Positions 20,048 to 29,110 of a stretch of DNA of 64,000 nucleotides are shown here, in pieces. The first letter of the stretch is position 1. Every line of letters begins with the position of its first letter. The notes beneath the pieces were generated by a model. It saw only the letters and a list, made by a program, of their open reading frames with translations. It did not search any database and was not told the DNA's origin. Origin of the DNA: an uncultured Candidatus Saccharibacteria bacterium (GTDB lineage: Bacteria > Patescibacteriota > Minisyncoccia > Phycocordibacterales > UBA918). The position numbers and the translations under genes are program-made. Location: NCBI GenBank assembly GCA_964350735.1, contig CAYGKO010000004.1, positions 83,583-147,582 on the forward strand, written 5' to 3'.

Positions 20048-20050
20048 ACT

Positions 20051-20389
20051 ATGAACGACCGACACATCCGCGTAATTACATTACTCCGTGAACTGGCGGC
20101 TACCTTTATTGCGCATGAAGCCAACACCGATCCAATGATCACGATCACGAACGGCACTACGTCACCTGACTACCGCAAAGTCACCCTCTTCATTACCACT
20201 ATTCCAGACGGTCGTGAGCAAGATGCTCTGATTTGGCTTAAGCGTCACAGCGGTGAGATGCGCCGTTTCATCATGAAAAAAAGTAATCTCAAAATAATTC
20301 CCCACTTTGAATTTGCAGTTGATGCCGGTGAAAAACACCGACAACACACAGATGACGTGTTCCGAGAAATTGAGAATGGGGAACGCTAA
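20051..20389 (+). CDS. rbfA: Ribosome-binding factor A
   Basis: Directly after infB; SPDYRKV, IPHFEFAVD pattern. Confidence 0.85.
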   Translation: MNDRHIRVITLLRELAATFIAHEANTDPMITITNGTTSPDYRKVTLFITTIPDGREQDALIWLKRHSGEMRRFIMKKSNLKIIPHFEFAVDAGEKHRQHTDDVFREIENGER

Positions 20390-20394
20390 TTAAA

Positions 20395-20426
20395 AAAGCA
20401 GCGCGCCTAACGGGCGCGCTGCTTTT
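20395..20426. terminator. Bidirectional terminator
   Basis: aaaagcagcgcgcct-aac-gggcgcgctgctttt. Confidence 0.85.
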
Positions 20427-20441
20427 TGTTTGAGATTACAT

Positions 20442-20849
20442 CTAGTGACTCACTGCTGGATCCAGCGTGCCAGCTTCATCAATCCATTTCTGGACAGTTT
20501 CCGCGCTTGGTACTCGATCAGTCAGGTTCTTCTTTTCGTTACATTCTGCCATCGCCGCAGCTAGATTTTCTGCGTTACGGGTAGCTAGTTCCTTTACTGT
20601 ATCAACCCCTGCTTCCTCCATCAGATCAGTGTACTCTTCTCCTACACCATTAATCCGCATCAAATCTGATAGGTTCACCCACTCAAGCAGATGCTTTTCT
20701 GAAATTCCAGTTTCGGTCGCTACTCCTTCTCGACCCTTTTTGTCTCCACATCGGCGAAGTAAATCTTCCGTAGTTTGAATATCTACATCACGAAGCTTTT
20801 GTCCATATTCTGGTCCAATTCCTTCTACTTCTTCAATTTTATATGACAT
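20442..20849 (-). CDS. DUF4332 helix-hairpin-helix protein
   Basis: EEVEGIGPEY, DLMRINGVGEEY..LMEEAGVDTVKELATRN. Confidence 0.85.
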   Translation of the reverse strand: MSYKIEEVEGIGPEYGQKLRDVDIQTTEDLLRRCGDKKGREGVATETGISEKHLLEWVNLSDLMRINGVGEEYTDLMEEAGVDTVKELATRNAENLAAAMAECNEKKNLTDRVPSAETVQKWIDEAGTLDPAVSH

Positions 20850-20897
20850 ATATTTTTGCAATCTATTTCTGATAAGCGAACCATAGTATACCAAACC

Positions 20898-21383
20898 CTA
20901 TGAACCAGTCGGCAGTGCCTGACAAGCTACACCGTCTTTGTTTCCATCTAGACGATTTACATCTGCTTCGACTCCCCCGGCATTTTCAAAGAAACGCTGA
21001 GCCTGGATCTGTGTATCAAAGTCGTCACAGTTGTATTCATCGGTATACTTTGCGCCATCGGTGCCCACTTCCACAATGTTACCGTCCATATCACGCAACA
21101 CACGAGTCATCAGACCACCATCAGCCCCGAGCTGCAGATCACCTTCTTCATCCCGCTCAACAAGTGAATCTGATACTGAACCAGTCTCCATCAGCGTACC
21201 CATATCAACATCGGTGTTTGCCACCTCTAGTCCAAGTGCAATCAACAGCACGGCCCCAATCCCCAACATCCACATCCGCGTCTTCTCAAAGAAAAACGCA
21301 ATTACTCCCACTACTACTAATAAACCAATAATGATAATCAATCGCGAATTTTTACTGCGTCGCCACGCTGCTACTTCTTTCAT
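20898..21383 (-). CDS. Membrane protein with C-terminal Excalibur Ca-binding domain
   Basis: Two TM helices; YNCDDFDTQ..AQ...LDGNKDGVAC. Confidence 0.8.
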   Translation of the reverse strand: MKEVAAWRRSKNSRLIIIIGLLVVVGVIAFFFEKTRMWMLGIGAVLLIALGLEVANTDVDMGTLMETGSVSDSLVERDEEGDLQLGADGGLMTRVLRDMDGNIVEVGTDGAKYTDEYNCDDFDTQIQAQRFFENAGGVEADVNRLDGNKDGVACQALPTGS

Positions 21384-21440
21384 ATAGGCATAAGTATAGC
21401 AAAGTAATTTGGCATCGAGGATATGCTCGCTTTTGTATTG

Positions 21441-21513
21441 AGGCCAGGACGAGATTCGAACCCGTGTATGTCGGTTTTGCAAACCGATGCGTTAACCGCT
21501 TCGCCACCTGGCC
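21441..21513 (-). tRNA. tRNA-Cys(GCA)
   Basis: Reverse complement GGCCAGG...tcggt-TTGCAAA-accga...GGTTCGAATCT. Confidence 0.93.
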
Positions 21514-21695
21514 AGGTGCTCAATACTTTATCATTTTACCCTTACAACACCAAGCAATTATGCTATCATTGCTGCCACTAACGCCGGAACCGACAGAATC
21601 CGTAGGAGTACAATATCTGAGAGACATTGTACCCAAGGACTTACTGAGTCCCTACTTATTCTAGAGACACTCTGACTTGGTACAGATGCATATTT

Positions 21696-21779
21696 GCCGG
21701 GATGGTGGAATCGGTAGACACGAGGGACTTAAAATCCCTTGCCTTCAAAAGCGTGCGGGTTCAAGTCCCGCTCCCGGCA
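21696..21779 (+). tRNA. tRNA-Leu(TAA)
   Basis: aggga-CTTAAAA-tccct, long variable arm, GGTTCAAGTCC. Confidence 0.95.
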
Positions 21780-21851
21780 CAACAGGCTTGTATTCGTACG
21801 CTTTCTTGTGTACACTCTGGCCTAATATTTAATTCATTTAGGATTTCATAT

Positions 21852-21924
21852 CCGCCCTTAGCTCAGTTGGTAGAGCAGCTCCCTCTTAAGGAGACGGTCC
21901 AAGGTTCGAGCCCTTGAGGGCGGA
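21852..21924 (+). tRNA. tRNA-Lys(CTT)
   Basis: CCGCCCT/AGGGCGG acceptor; ctcc-CTCTTAA-ggag. Confidence 0.92.
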
Positions 21925-21963
21925 CACGTACAGATGTGTTATGCTGTACCGAATCGAATATAT

Positions 21964-22045
21964 GCGGGTGTGGCGGAATTGGTAGACGCGCTAGTTTTAG
22001 GCACTAGTAGAGCAATCTGTGGAGGTTCAAGTCCTCTCGCCCGCA
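21964..22045 (+). tRNA. tRNA-Leu(TAG)
   Basis: ctagt-TTTAGGC-actag, long variable arm, GGTTCAAGTCC. Confidence 0.94.
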
Positions 22046-22189
22046 CAAAGTAAAAAGTCGACAGCTTCTGCTGTTGGCTTTTTATTTGTGCAAGCAACGC
22101 AGGGCGGGACTTGAAAAAGTTGCTAGCTCCAAGAGCGCCAACTTGAACAGATTCTGTAAGAATCAAGTCCTCTCGCCCGCACAAAGTAA
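22027..22189 (+). repeat. 27-bp direct repeat of the tRNA-Leu(TAG) 3' end flanking a 109-bp insert
   Basis: tcaagtcctctcgcccgcacaaagtaa at 22027-22053 and 22163-22189. Confidence 0.9.
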
Positions 22190-22220
22190 GTAAAACCGCG
22201 ATTGCGGTTTTACTTTACTC

Positions 22221-23246
22221 TCAGTTTTTAGTATGCAGTCGATGTTTTTTAAACTGATCACCTTTCCGTTTTCCTTTCCAAGCCGCATACCGCTTTTTCA
22301 AACCAGCCGGTAACTGATCAAGCGTCTTGCAGCCATACGAGCAGTAACCAGCCTTTTTCTCAACACAATCATCACAGCCCAAAAACAACACATGACACGG
22401 CTGAAACTTACAATGATAATGAGTATCACTCTTAGTAGTGCTACATAAATGGCAGCTAGAAATAATCTCTTCCCCAATCCGCTCGCCCAGACGTTCATCA
22501 AATACAAAGTTCTTGCCTTTAAATTTATTAGGCAGCCCCTCACGCTCGACTTGGTGTTTGTAATCAATAATACCACCTTTCAGGTGTCGCACGTCCGTAA
22601 AGCCGTTATGCTTCAACCAAGCACTCGCCTTCTCACAACGGATCCCACCCGTACAGTATAGCGCCACTTTTTTGTTTTTATGTACGCGCAGTAACTCTGG
22701 AACAATTGATAACTCTTCTCGAAACGTATCAACGTCCGGCTTGATAGCTGTCTCAAAGTGCCCCACCTCGCTCTCATACGCATTACGCATGTCTACCACC
22801 ACTGCCTCAGGGTCATCAATATATTCATTAAATTCAGCTGCGGTGAGATATGCGCCAGTGTCAGTCACGTCAAACGACTCATCACTGAGCCCGTCGGCCA
22901 CGATCTTATCTTTTACTTTAATGGTCAGTTTATAAAACGACGGTGCTTCACCTTCTTCGACTGCAATTTTGTACGGCACAGAAGCTAACTCCGGCACATC
23001 CTTATTAAAGGCATCAAACTGGTCCCAATGCTGCTTTGGTACATTCATCTGCGCATTAATCCCCTCCTTAGCCACATAGATCCGCCCTAAGCAACCTAAG
23101 ACTCCCCAGCGCTCTTGCAGCAACGTCCGGAACGCTACCGGGTCAGCGATCTGCACGTAGCGATAAAACGACAGGGTGATCCGTTCAATCCCGTCGTTTT
23201 CAATCCGCTGTTTTTGCTCCGTTCGTGATAGTACAACTGGCTTCAT
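22221..23246 (-). CDS. trhO: Oxygen-dependent tRNA uridine(34) hydroxylase TrhO (YceA/UPF0176 rhodanese family)
   Basis: GRIYVAKEGINAQ, DMRNAYESEVGHF, YCTGGIRCEKAS, HLKGGI, GKNFVFDER. Confidence 0.92.
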   Translation of the reverse strand: MKPVVLSRTEQKQRIENDGIERITLSFYRYVQIADPVAFRTLLQERWGVLGCLGRIYVAKEGINAQMNVPKQHWDQFDAFNKDVPELASVPYKIAVEEGEAPSFYKLTIKVKDKIVADGLSDESFDVTDTGAYLTAAEFNEYIDDPEAVVVDMRNAYESEVGHFETAIKPDVDTFREELSIVPELLRVHKNKKVALYCTGGIRCEKASAWLKHNGFTDVRHLKGGIIDYKHQVEREGLPNKFKGKNFVFDERLGERIGEEIISSCHLCSTTKSDTHYHCKFQPCHVLFLGCDDCVEKKAGYCSYGCKTLDQLPAGLKKRYAAWKGKRKGDQFKKHRLHTKN

Positions 23247-23428
23247 ATTGGTAGCCACAATCCTATCACTAAATCTCACCCACGCAACACACAGACTGTT
23301 ATCTAAACTTGATTTTTACAGAATATGTGCTATAATAAGTACAGACGTAAATCTTCATCTTGTTGCTCTACTCAGTTCTCTATCCAAAGAGAAGAACTGG
23401 GTAGTCCAGCATAAAAAACGGAGGGAGC

Positions 23429-23944
23429 ATGACTCTCAGAGATAAGTTCACCCACCAAATGAAGAGCGGGACAATCGGATTTCTTTCTTTCGTTCTCGCA
23501 ATTGCCTCAATTGTGGCAGTGTGGGCGTATGATTCATCATACCTTAATACATTGATGGATTGGAATCTGGCTAGCATCAAATGGGTAGCCGCTCAAATCC
23601 CCATCTACGGCGATAAGATGGAATCAGCTCTTCGCTTTCTAGCTGGGGAAAAAGCTTTGATTTTGATTGAGTTCGGTCTCGTATTCAAGATCTTCATCAA
23701 AATAATTGCTCCTATAATCCCTTGGAGGGTCGTGAGCATCTCAATCTTCATCGGGATTTTGGGTTGGGTTGCCTTTACCTTCCGAGAAAGCCTGCCGACA
23801 GCAGTTGGCGACTGGTTCGCCAACCTGATGAACCTGGCGACAGCTGGGGACAGCTGGGGACTGATCTACGCTGTGGGTCCGGTCGTTGTCACTACCATCG
23901 TGGTGGCTCTGACATGGGCTTTCAGGGGGAAGCTCTTCCGCTGA
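23429..23944 (+). CDS. Hypothetical multi-pass membrane protein
   Basis: GGAG RBS, about 4 hydrophobic segments, own promoter (TGCTATAAT about 23328) and terminator (23947-23987). Confidence 0.7.
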   Translation: MTLRDKFTHQMKSGTIGFLSFVLAIASIVAVWAYDSSYLNTLMDWNLASIKWVAAQIPIYGDKMESALRFLAGEKALILIEFGLVFKIFIKIIAPIIPWRVVSISIFIGILGWVAFTFRESLPTAVGDWFANLMNLATAGDSWGLIYAVGPVVVTTIVVALTWAFRGKLFR

Positions 23945-24138
23945 AACAGGCGGCGTTGTCTTCGGACTGCGCCGCCTGTATTTTTTATAGTTTTATAAGA
24001 ATACCTATATTTTTAGGGGTATTATATCAAATTATGCTTGACTTTTTTATATAAATATGGTATCATATTGGCAGTGGTGAGGTTTGTCCCACCCTTGGAA
24101 ATCGCTCGGCGCTTTCGAGTAAGGAGCAATTTTCAGGG

Positions 24139-25521
24139 GTGACAGACCCCACCAACATCAACCCTACAGCGTGGCTTCGCCACGCTGATGAACAGGAGTT
24201 CATTGACATGGATACACATCTCAAAAAGGCCCTATGGTTTTTAGGAGCAGCTGCTTTCATTACAGCAGTTTACTTGCTCTTGCCCGCATTTGGCTGGAAT
24301 CCAGGATACTGGAGCTGGCCGATGCTTGGAACAGTAGTTATCTTATCCACAGCTGTTTTATGGCAGCTTTGGAAAGGTTGGTTAAGCAACTGGTGGACTC
24401 CAGTCCAGCAGACGCAAGCAACACCTCCTGGAGCTACACCACCTGCCACACCAGCAGTTCCTCCATCAACATCAATCAGAAGGAGCCATACTATGCAGAC
24501 TCTGTCTCCGAACGGTCTCACACCGTTTCAGCAGCAGATTTCCACCTTTTGTGCTGCAATAGCAGCATCTCTATTGACTGCTCGCATCATCGCTACCTTC
24601 GTTTGGAACACCGAGCAGGGATTCACGATCATTGCGATCTTTTCTCTACTCTACTTCCTGGTCGGAGGCGCTTATCTCAATGGTGGCCTCGAACACTCTG
24701 TACAGGGATTTCTTGGGAGGCCGACGCCATGGGTACTGATCAATGGTCTATCATGGGGTCTCCCTCGACCATTTGGCCAGTCCCTCTTTAGGCGTTCAAT
24801 TGCTCCTCAAACGAGCAACTTTGAAGGAGAGAATGCCATTGCTCAAGTTAACGCTCGGGACGGTGGCCAGGTAAGTGTTGGAGTAGTCAAACAATGGCGT
24901 ATTTGTGACGTACGATTAGCTGGACAATTTACACCCGAGGTACTCGCATCACGCGTACGTGATGTTGAAGACCGCGGTGTTCGCTGGTTTGCACTCTATT
25001 ACGACTCTGATGGAACCGGAGCAAACAACCTCACTCACCAAAAAGCGCCCTTCTCGCGCTACCTGATTGGTGACGAAACACTAACAGAGATCAAACTGTT
25101 CGATGAAAGAGGTGTCGAAACTGGCACCTACAGAATTGACCATAATGATCCAAACTCAATGCGTAACAAGTTTGCTTTGCTTGGTGTGGAAGCAATTACT
25201 GCTGAAGTTAAGGACGTCAATCCTCCGCAAGAAGTTATTGACGCTCGAAACGGAGCGGCAGCAGAAGCTGGTCAAGCTGAGAGTGAGAAGCGAGACATTG
25301 CATCTTTTCGTGCGCGAGTACTTGAAGCTCAATACGGAACAAGTGATCCGGATGAGATGAAGAGGCTTAGAAGTCAAGCTGGTTTCGAACCAGCAATGTC
25401 TAGAGAAGATGCTGTTCGCGAAGTACGAGCTGCACGAAAAAACCTCACCGACATCAACGTCAGCGGAAGCGCTGGTGATTTCACCAAAGGTGCTGCCCTT
25501 GGCGGTACCAAACAACCTTAA
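24139..25521 (+). CDS. Membrane protein with SPFH/band-7-like domain
   Basis: TM helices, then VNARDGGQVSVGVVKQWRI and LLGVEAITAEVKDVNPPQEVIDA..AAAE, resembling the SPFH pattern. Confidence 0.6.
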   Translation: MTDPTNINPTAWLRHADEQEFIDMDTHLKKALWFLGAAAFITAVYLLLPAFGWNPGYWSWPMLGTVVILSTAVLWQLWKGWLSNWWTPVQQTQATPPGATPPATPAVPPSTSIRRSHTMQTLSPNGLTPFQQQISTFCAAIAASLLTARIIATFVWNTEQGFTIIAIFSLLYFLVGGAYLNGGLEHSVQGFLGRPTPWVLINGLSWGLPRPFGQSLFRRSIAPQTSNFEGENAIAQVNARDGGQVSVGVVKQWRICDVRLAGQFTPEVLASRVRDVEDRGVRWFALYYDSDGTGANNLTHQKAPFSRYLIGDETLTEIKLFDERGVETGTYRIDHNDPNSMRNKFALLGVEAITAEVKDVNPPQEVIDARNGAAAEAGQAESEKRDIASFRARVLEAQYGTSDPDEMKRLRSQAGFEPAMSREDAVREVRAARKNLTDINVSGSAGDFTKGAALGGTKQP

Positions 25522-25531
25522 GGAGGTTCCT

Positions 25532-26131
25532 GTGACAACCATACAAGACCTGCGAGGATGGATCTTGACTATCCTGATCATCATCGCAACCGTTGTTCTA
25601 CTTCGGTATTTATTGCCTGAGTTCGACACAATGCCAGAAAGCCGATCGGTGGCAGAATCCACCTTTCTCCAAAACTGGCGTTGGGTCGAGATTGCTGGAT
25701 GGATCATGCTCATTGCGGGCGTGATCGCATTCGCCGTGTCTTTGACCCGCTGGGTCGATGGTGGAGGCACAGTCGGCATCGTAGCTGCCATCGTTGGCGG
25801 TCTCGTGTTGGCCGGTTTCTACGGCACCGTCTCAGCTAAGCAAGACGGACTTTCCCTACCCGGAAGTTCGACGACGATCGACTGGACTAAGAACTTCAGC
25901 TCAGATGTCTTTGTAGCAAATGCTACAGGAACTAGAAAAGCTATGATCAACGACTGCGTAGTGTCTCCCGACGCAACGCATTCAATCAAAGGATCGTATG
26001 CCACTTGGACGCCAAAGAGTGGTGTAACCTCTGAAATCATCGTCTACTACTTCCCCAAAAAGAAAGGGAGTTGCGAAGCTGCCTACTTGGCTATTCAAGC
26101 AGCTCTCCAGGCGGAAAAAGCAGATGAGTGA
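25532..26131 (+). CDS. Hypothetical membrane protein (GTG start after AGGAGG)
   Basis: aggagg overlapping the upstream stop; three TM helices and a soluble C-terminus. Confidence 0.65.
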   Translation: MTTIQDLRGWILTILIIIATVVLLRYLLPEFDTMPESRSVAESTFLQNWRWVEIAGWIMLIAGVIAFAVSLTRWVDGGGTVGIVAAIVGGLVLAGFYGTVSAKQDGLSLPGSSTTIDWTKNFSSDVFVANATGTRKAMINDCVVSPDATHSIKGSYATWTPKSGVTSEIIVYYFPKKKGSCEAAYLAIQAALQAEKADE

Positions 26132-26205
26132 CGGTTCTTTGGCATTGCCCTATTGCCGGGCTGGACCACTTCATGCATACGCATGTGGTGGTCCTTTTCT
26201 TTTGC

Positions 26206-26523
26206 CTACGGTATAAACGCTGACGGTGCAAAGCTGCTCCCCGGCTCTTGGACTTCAATCCCAAACGTGGCAGCAGCGATCGACAAAATAGCGAAGGCAG
26301 ACAACATTACCAGGAGCCCTATCAGCCCCCATAAAATGTGCTTACTCCCCTTCTCTTTTGCTTGTGGGTTACTCGCTCCTGCCACGTATTCAAAACAACC
26401 ATACAAAAACACAACTAGTGCAATTACGAGCATCAGAGTAATTAATGGATATAAAATAACTTCCAAAAGCTTATTGACAAAGGTTTGGGCAAAATCTGCG
26501 GCTGGTCCGGCGTAGGCAATCAT
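26206..26523 (-). CDS. TrbC/VirB2-type pilin
   Basis: Two TM helices with charged loop NPQAKEKG..ILWGLIG. Confidence 0.82.
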   Translation of the reverse strand: MIAYAGPAADFAQTFVNKLLEVILYPLITLMLVIALVVFLYGCFEYVAGASNPQAKEKGSKHILWGLIGLLVMLSAFAILSIAAATFGIEVQEPGSSFAPSAFIP

Positions 26524-26577
26524 ACGAAAGTGAGTCTGGATTCTGAACTAGTCAGAATCCAAGTCAATTTCCAATGA

Positions 26578-26943
26578 CTAGTTTGAAGTGGGAACGTTTG
26601 GCAGGTTCTCAATATTTTCATCATCTGAAAAACCAAGACCACCAGCGATCAGATTCACAATACCGAAAACTGATACCATAATCACAAATCCCACAATCGC
26701 ATAGATCATGTACGTCCGGCCCTCTTCTCGCTTATCAGAATCATCTCGCCCAATAATCAAGAAGTTGAACACACCGTAGAGGAAGAACAAAAGTGCTACC
26801 GCAAAAAGTAACGGGATCAATGTACTGTTAATAAAAGATGAGATATCACCAAGGAAGTCATTGATCTCTCCAAATTGGGCTCCGGCTACCGCTGGCATGA
26901 GCGCGAGCATAAAAGCACCTAGACTGACTGAAATAAATTTCAT
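26578..26943 (-). CDS. TrbC/VirB2-type pilin
   Basis: Signal peptide; FFLYGVFNFL..DKREEGRTYMIYAIVGFVIMVS. Confidence 0.82.
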   Translation of the reverse strand: MKFISVSLGAFMLALMPAVAGAQFGEINDFLGDISSFINSTLIPLLFAVALLFFLYGVFNFLIIGRDDSDKREEGRTYMIYAIVGFVIMVSVFGIVNLIAGGLGFSDDENIENLPNVPTSN

Positions 26944-27034
26944 ACAAACGTAACTAATTAATTTTTATACTATAAGTATACCGCTAAACTGGCTATATAA
27001 AAGGACTTTCTACCTACCCTGTGTATAGTGCACT

Positions 27035-27292
27035 TTACAAACCAAAGAGTGAATTGCGGAGTATTTCAAGAATCCCCCACACTCCTGACATCACTATCAG
27101 CACCAACACCCCAACCAGTGCTGTCTGCTTCCCTTCGTCCACCTTGGTTTGGTCGCCACCATTGATCACCCAGGCGTCAATGATCTTCCAGATGATGAAT
27201 AATAGCGTCAGGGCAAAAATAAGTGGTACCGCTAAGCTCAGTAAGCCGATGAATAAATCTACTAAATCTGCGAAATTTTTAGGTGTGCCCAT
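27035..27292 (-). CDS. TrbC/VirB2-type pilin
   Basis: TM-GGDQTKVDEGKQ-TM VMSGVWGI. Confidence 0.8.
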   Translation of the reverse strand: MGTPKNFADLVDLFIGLLSLAVPLIFALTLLFIIWKIIDAWVINGGDQTKVDEGKQTALVGVLVLIVMSGVWGILEILRNSLFGL

Positions 27293-27295
27293 AGA

Positions 27296-27802
27296 TTAGA
27301 TCGTTATCGCCTTAACTGTGCCTTCAATGACTCTCAGAATAACGAAAGCACCGAGAATAAGAATCCCACCAATCACTGAGTACAGCAAAGCTTTGTTGGC
27401 TTGAGAGATCTGTTCCGGATTGCCCCGAGCGGTGACGTACAGGAAGCCAGCGTAGATAATAAAAAATACGATCAACGGAGTAGCGAAGACCAGAACTACT
27501 TCAATCAGATCCATGAACAGATCAGTGATGGAGGTAGCTTTGAGAGGATTTTTGATAGTGACAGAACCTCCGCCAGAAGGAGATTCCCGCTCGCCAACTT
27601 CGCTACCATCTCCCCCAAAAGCGTCTAGAGGATCTCGCTCGCCAACTTCACCAACGTCGCCTCCGAAAGCGTCTGAAGGATCTCGAGCTCCAACTTCACC
27701 AACGTCGCCTCCGAAAGCGTCTAGAGGGTCTTCAGCAAACGTAAAATGAACAACTGCTAACTGGGAGCAGATCATTAGACATATCACTAGTAAAAATTTC
27801 AT
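27296..27802 (-). CDS. TrbC/VirB2-type pilin with N-terminal acidic 16-aa repeats
   Basis: IKNPL, IIYAGFLYVTARGNPEQISQANKALLYSVIG; 3x DP(L/S)DAFGGD..EVG.R. Confidence 0.85.
   Translation of the reverse strand: MKFLLVICLMICSQLAVVHFTFAEDPLDAFGGDVGEVGARDPSDAFGGDVGEVGERDPLDAFGGDGSEVGERESPSGGGSVTIKNPLKATSITDLFMDLIEVVLVFATPLIVFFIIYAGFLYVTARGNPEQISQANKALLYSVIGGILILGAFVILRVIEGTVKAITI
27587..27730 (-). repeat. 48-bp coding tandem repeat, 3 copies
   Basis: ccaacttcaccaacgtcgcctccgaaagcgtct recurs with 48-bp period. Confidence 0.9.
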
Positions 27803-27803
27803 A

Positions 27804-29108
27804 TTAAAAACTCAAGGTTATGCGATCAACTGCGTCACTCACTGCTTCACTAATCCGGGCACGGTTTGAGGCGACGTCTTCGATCATAGTTTGTAGTATA
27901 CCACCCGTACTGGCTGGATTCGGGTCGAGCCAACCGGCCGAGATAAGCGCCGCATTGAATATAATCTGTTCAAAGGCTCCGCTACTTCCTCCTCCTAAGA
28001 CCGAACGATGCACTGGTGCCATCTGCAATTCACGTGAGAGAGCGAGCGCGACATCTGGCCGCGCTAGTGTCTGAGCGGCGGCGTACGCCCCGTTACTATT
28101 GCCAGCTGCCCGTGGAATTGCAAAGCCGTAGAAATTACCGTACGTACGTCGAATCGTCGCGTTAGCTCCCTGCGGGACCATGGCAGCATCAAAGTTTAGA
28201 TTTGGATTACGATCAGAAATTAAACCGACTTCACTACCAAATCCAAAGTAAAGAGCGAGGTCGCCCGCGATAAAAGCAGTCCGGTCTTCGGCCAAAGCTC
28301 GATTCCAACTGTAGGCCGGGCTATTGGCGTTGGCGAAGTCTGTATAAAACTGCAGCGTCGCATCCATTGGCGCGCGACTGGTTTGCTGTCCTTGATTGAG
28401 AGCTACCACATACCCCCGATCTCCTTCTTCTACCATTCGACTACCCGACTGGAGTAAGAGCATTGAAAATACTGCCGTCGCATTACGGACGTTGCGGTAC
28501 TCACCAAAGGCAATTGCGCTACGTAGAATTGAACGATTACTATCACGCTGAGTCAGCGCTGGCACTACTGACCCCACTAATCCTTCCCACGTTGTTGGTG
28601 CTTGCGCTAGACCAGCGCCAGAAAAAATGTCGCGGTTCCAGTAGAGAATAATTGGATCAACCACAAACGGCAACGCGTAGACACCATCGCGTAACGCAAA
28701 GATCTCAGCTCCATCCACATAACTATCTCTGAATTGTCGTTCTGGTAAACTCTCGTATGGAATCGGAAGCAGCTTAGCTCGTAAATTCACGAGCTGGTGA
28801 TGTGGCAAGACAATAAGATCAGGCGAACGTCCTTCAGCGATAGCGTTCACTAAGTCACTATTAAAATTTCGCGCATCTACTTGGGTGTATCTAACCACTT
28901 TAAAGTTTTCGTTTTGGTCTTTCAGGGTATTGAAGATAGGAGTGAACGCCTCACTGGGTAATGAGCCCCAAATAATCACTTGCCCGCCATAGAGCTGCTC
29001 TTCAGTAGATGCACTCGGGCGATAATTACCAATCAGCACCAGTGCTACCAAAGCCATGACAGCAAAGACCGCCAGTAGAACAATTTGAAATGGTCGAAGA
29101 TTGCTCAT
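27804..29108 (-). CDS. Membrane-anchored extracellular solute-binding protein (sugar-binding family 1-like)
   Basis: N-terminal TM, GRSPDL, YALPFVVDPIILYWNRDIF, APTTWE, AFIAGDLALYFG. Confidence 0.85.
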   Translation of the reverse strand: MSNLRPFQIVLLAVFAVMALVALVLIGNYRPSASTEEQLYGGQVIIWGSLPSEAFTPIFNTLKDQNENFKVVRYTQVDARNFNSDLVNAIAEGRSPDLIVLPHHQLVNLRAKLLPIPYESLPERQFRDSYVDGAEIFALRDGVYALPFVVDPIILYWNRDIFSGAGLAQAPTTWEGLVGSVVPALTQRDSNRSILRSAIAFGEYRNVRNATAVFSMLLLQSGSRMVEEGDRGYVVALNQGQQTSRAPMDATLQFYTDFANANSPAYSWNRALAEDRTAFIAGDLALYFGFGSEVGLISDRNPNLNFDAAMVPQGANATIRRTYGNFYGFAIPRAAGNSNGAYAAAQTLARPDVALALSRELQMAPVHRSVLGGGSSGAFEQIIFNAALISAGWLDPNPASTGGILQTMIEDVASNRARISEAVSDAVDRITLSF

Positions 29109-29110
29109 AG

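Noticed and set aside
7840-26523. Diversity-generating retroelement TR/VR pair between the two similar pilin genes
   Set aside because: Mismatches are not adenine-specific and are largely synonymous; no reverse transcriptase in the window
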